Assembly: GCA_002897715.1 (NCBI GenBank)
Contig: BDUA01000040.1
Span: 1,142 to 65,141 of the forward strand
Direction of reading: 5' to 3'
Length of the DNA stretch: 64,000 bases
From: a bacterium BMS3Abin01
GTDB taxonomy: Bacteria; Actinomycetota; Thermoleophilia; BMS3ABIN01
The position numbers and the translations under genes are program-made. Positions 62,803-64,000 of this stretch are shown piece by piece. Numbering within the stretch: the first letter of the stretch is position 1; each line of letters starts with the position of its first letter. The notes beneath the pieces are model-generated. The model did no database searches. It had not been told where the DNA came from and saw only the letters and a program-made list of their open reading frames with translations.

Positions 62803-63216
62803 ATGGGACGAACGGTAGCGATAATCACCATAGCCCTGGCGCTGTTTATCCCGATATCCATGTCTTCATGCGGTGATAACGCCGGGGAGACATCCAGCTC
62901 CGTGTCTGAAGTCTCTACGGTGCAACACACAACAGCGAACGACGACAAGATGGCCCTGCTGGCGGCGGAGACCATCCTGCGGAACGCCGAAAGGGCCCAG
63001 GAGAAGTATTACCGGCAATACGGTGTATATGCGTCCTCCGTGGAGAAACTGAGGAATATCAACGCAAAGATCAGCACCAGGCTGATAGTGGTAAGCGGTA
63101 ACGAAGACGGCTATGAGATGCAGGTCATCGCCAGTGATTCCGCGCATACCGCCCTGATCCTGCGGAAGGACGGCACCAGGATCGAGAGGGTGGACAGTAA
63201 CGGTGAGCACTGGTAA
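62803..63216 (+). CDS. small lipoprotein
   Basis: Signal peptide plus lipobox (VAIITIALALFIPISMSS|C). The mature part begins with a long helix ...AETILRNAERAQEKYYRQYGVYASSVEKL, reminiscent of pilin/pseudopilin head domains. Confidence 0.55.
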   Translation: MGRTVAIITIALALFIPISMSSCGDNAGETSSSVSEVSTVQHTTANDDKMALLAAETILRNAERAQEKYYRQYGVYASSVEKLRNINAKISTRLIVVSGNEDGYEMQVIASDSAHTALILRKDGTRIERVDSNGEHW

Positions 63217-63244
63217 CCGGGCACCTGCCGTCAACTGCGCCGTG

Positions 63245-64000
63245 CTAACCGGTCTCCAGCCGGAACTTCTTCTTCATCTTCAGGATTCGCAGCACCGACT
63301 CATCGATCCTTTCCCCGGTGAGACGCCCCGACTTGACCGCGCCCACCAGCGCGTCCTGGACGGCCACCTGTTCATCATAGGTCCGGGCCACTATGACCAT
63401 GTCGGCGCCGGCGTTCACGGCGGTGACGGCCGCCTCGCCCACGTCCATATTGTCAGCGATCGCCGCTAACTCCAGATCATCGGTGATAATCACCCCGGTA
63501 AAGCCCATCTGGCGCCGGAGCAGATCGGTCATGATCGGCCTGGACATGCTGGCGGGGGTCTCATTGGCATCCAGCGCCGGCACCACCAGGTGGCCGACCA
63601 TGATCATGGGAGCGCCCTCCTGCACTACCGCGTTGAAGGGCAGCAGCTCGTACTGGTCCAGCAACTCCCTGCTGGTATAGACATACGGAAGCCCGTCCTC
63701 CGGGTCGCTGTCAGCCGACCCCTGTCCGGGAAAATGGCTGGGGCAGGAGATGACCGACGTCTTGTTATAACCCCGGACCGCCATCACTCCCATGTCGGCG
63801 ACCATCTGCGGGTCCATGCCGTAGCTGCGCACGTTCATGACGGACCCCCAGCCATCACTGACGTCGATGACCGGCGCCAGATTGGTATTGATGCCGATAC
63901 TCTTAAGATCGCGGGCGGTGGAGGAGGCTTGCTGGCCGGCCACATCTACGCCGATATCGCCCATCTCGCCGATCATGGGTTCGGAATAATAGGGGCCGAT
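63245..64000 (-). CDS. glycoside hydrolase family 3 N-terminal domain protein (NagZ-like beta-N-acetylhexosaminidase), 5' end beyond the window
   Basis: NLAPVIDV and SHFPGQG (compare KHFPGHG), ...ITDDL.M.AI. The reading frame stays open from 63976 to 64000. Confidence 0.8.
   Translation of the reverse strand: MGPYYSEPMIGEMGDIGVDVAGQQASSTARDLKSIGINTNLAPVIDVSDGWGSVMNVRSYGMDPQMVADMGVMAVRGYNKTSVISCPSHFPGQGSADSDPEDGLPYVYTSRELLDQYELLPFNAVVQEGAPMIMVGHLVVPALDANETPASMSRPIMTDLLRRQMGFTGVIITDDLELAAIADNMDVGEAAVTAVNAGADMVIVARTYDEQVAVQDALVGAVKSGRLTGERIDESVLRILKMKKKFRLETG

Noticed and set aside
1-64000. CRISPR arrays, tRNA/rRNA genes, transposases, integrases, prophage or known defence-system genes
   Set aside because: I scanned all intergenic regions over 80 bp and all track ORFs. 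There are no repeat-spacer arrays, no cloverleaf-like T-loop/acceptor patterns, and no DDE, tyrosine or serine recombinase or phage structural motifs. The only repeats found are the short phased repeats reported above.

Overview
This is a visibly GC-rich bacterial chromosome segment. About 65 of roughly 72 genes are on the minus strand. I recognised no rRNA, tRNA, CRISPR array, transposase, integrase or phage gene by eye. It reads as core chromosome carrying an unusual energy-metabolism load.

Modules, in window order:
- 1-8.2 kb: a dissimilatory sulfite-reduction locus, dsrN, then dsrM-dsrC-dsrK-dsrJ-dsrO-dsrP, then dsrA. dsrA is cut by the window start.
- 8.3-30.3 kb: one uninterrupted minus-strand run holding rluD-lspA-dksA-like-yggU-divIVA-yggT-proC-sepF-yggS-pgeF, then a dcw cluster (ftsZ-ftsA-ftsQ-murB-murC-murG-ftsW-murD-mraY-murF-ftsI-ftsL-rsmH-mraZ). 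murE is absent from its usual slot.
- 30.6-33.5 kb: metallophosphoesterase, TPR protein, prepilin peptidase and an MBL-fold hydrolase.
- 33.6-40.3 kb: an hdrCBA-mvhD(flxD)-flxCBA-like cluster.
- 40.4-43.5 kb: futalosine-pathway menaquinone genes.
- 43.5-47.5 kb: M16 peptidase, pnp and rpsO.
- 47.7-50.8 kb: a plus-strand YeiH-family transporter translationally coupled to a Cys-rich sensor kinase.
- 50.8-57.7 kb: ribF-truB-rbfA-DUF503-infB-ylxR-nusA-rimP.
- 58-64 kb: a looser region with a beta-propeller surface protein, DJ-1/PfpI, a split YedE/YeeE pair, a candidate structured RNA, a lipoprotein and a partial GH3 hydrolase.

The most interesting points:
- A full dsrMKJOP set with embedded dsrC sits in a SepF/DivIVA-type genome.
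- The hdr-flx module lies nearby.
- There is a zinc-ribbon-like insertion in PNPase.
- There is a Cys-rich module in the kinase.
- There is an unclassified structured-RNA candidate near 62.5 kb.

Caveats:
- The ORF track takes the longest ATG/GTG/TTG start, so many starts were re-proposed from RBS and overlap logic.
- Hand-counted coordinates may be off by 1-2 nt.
- All family calls rest on remembered motifs, not searches.
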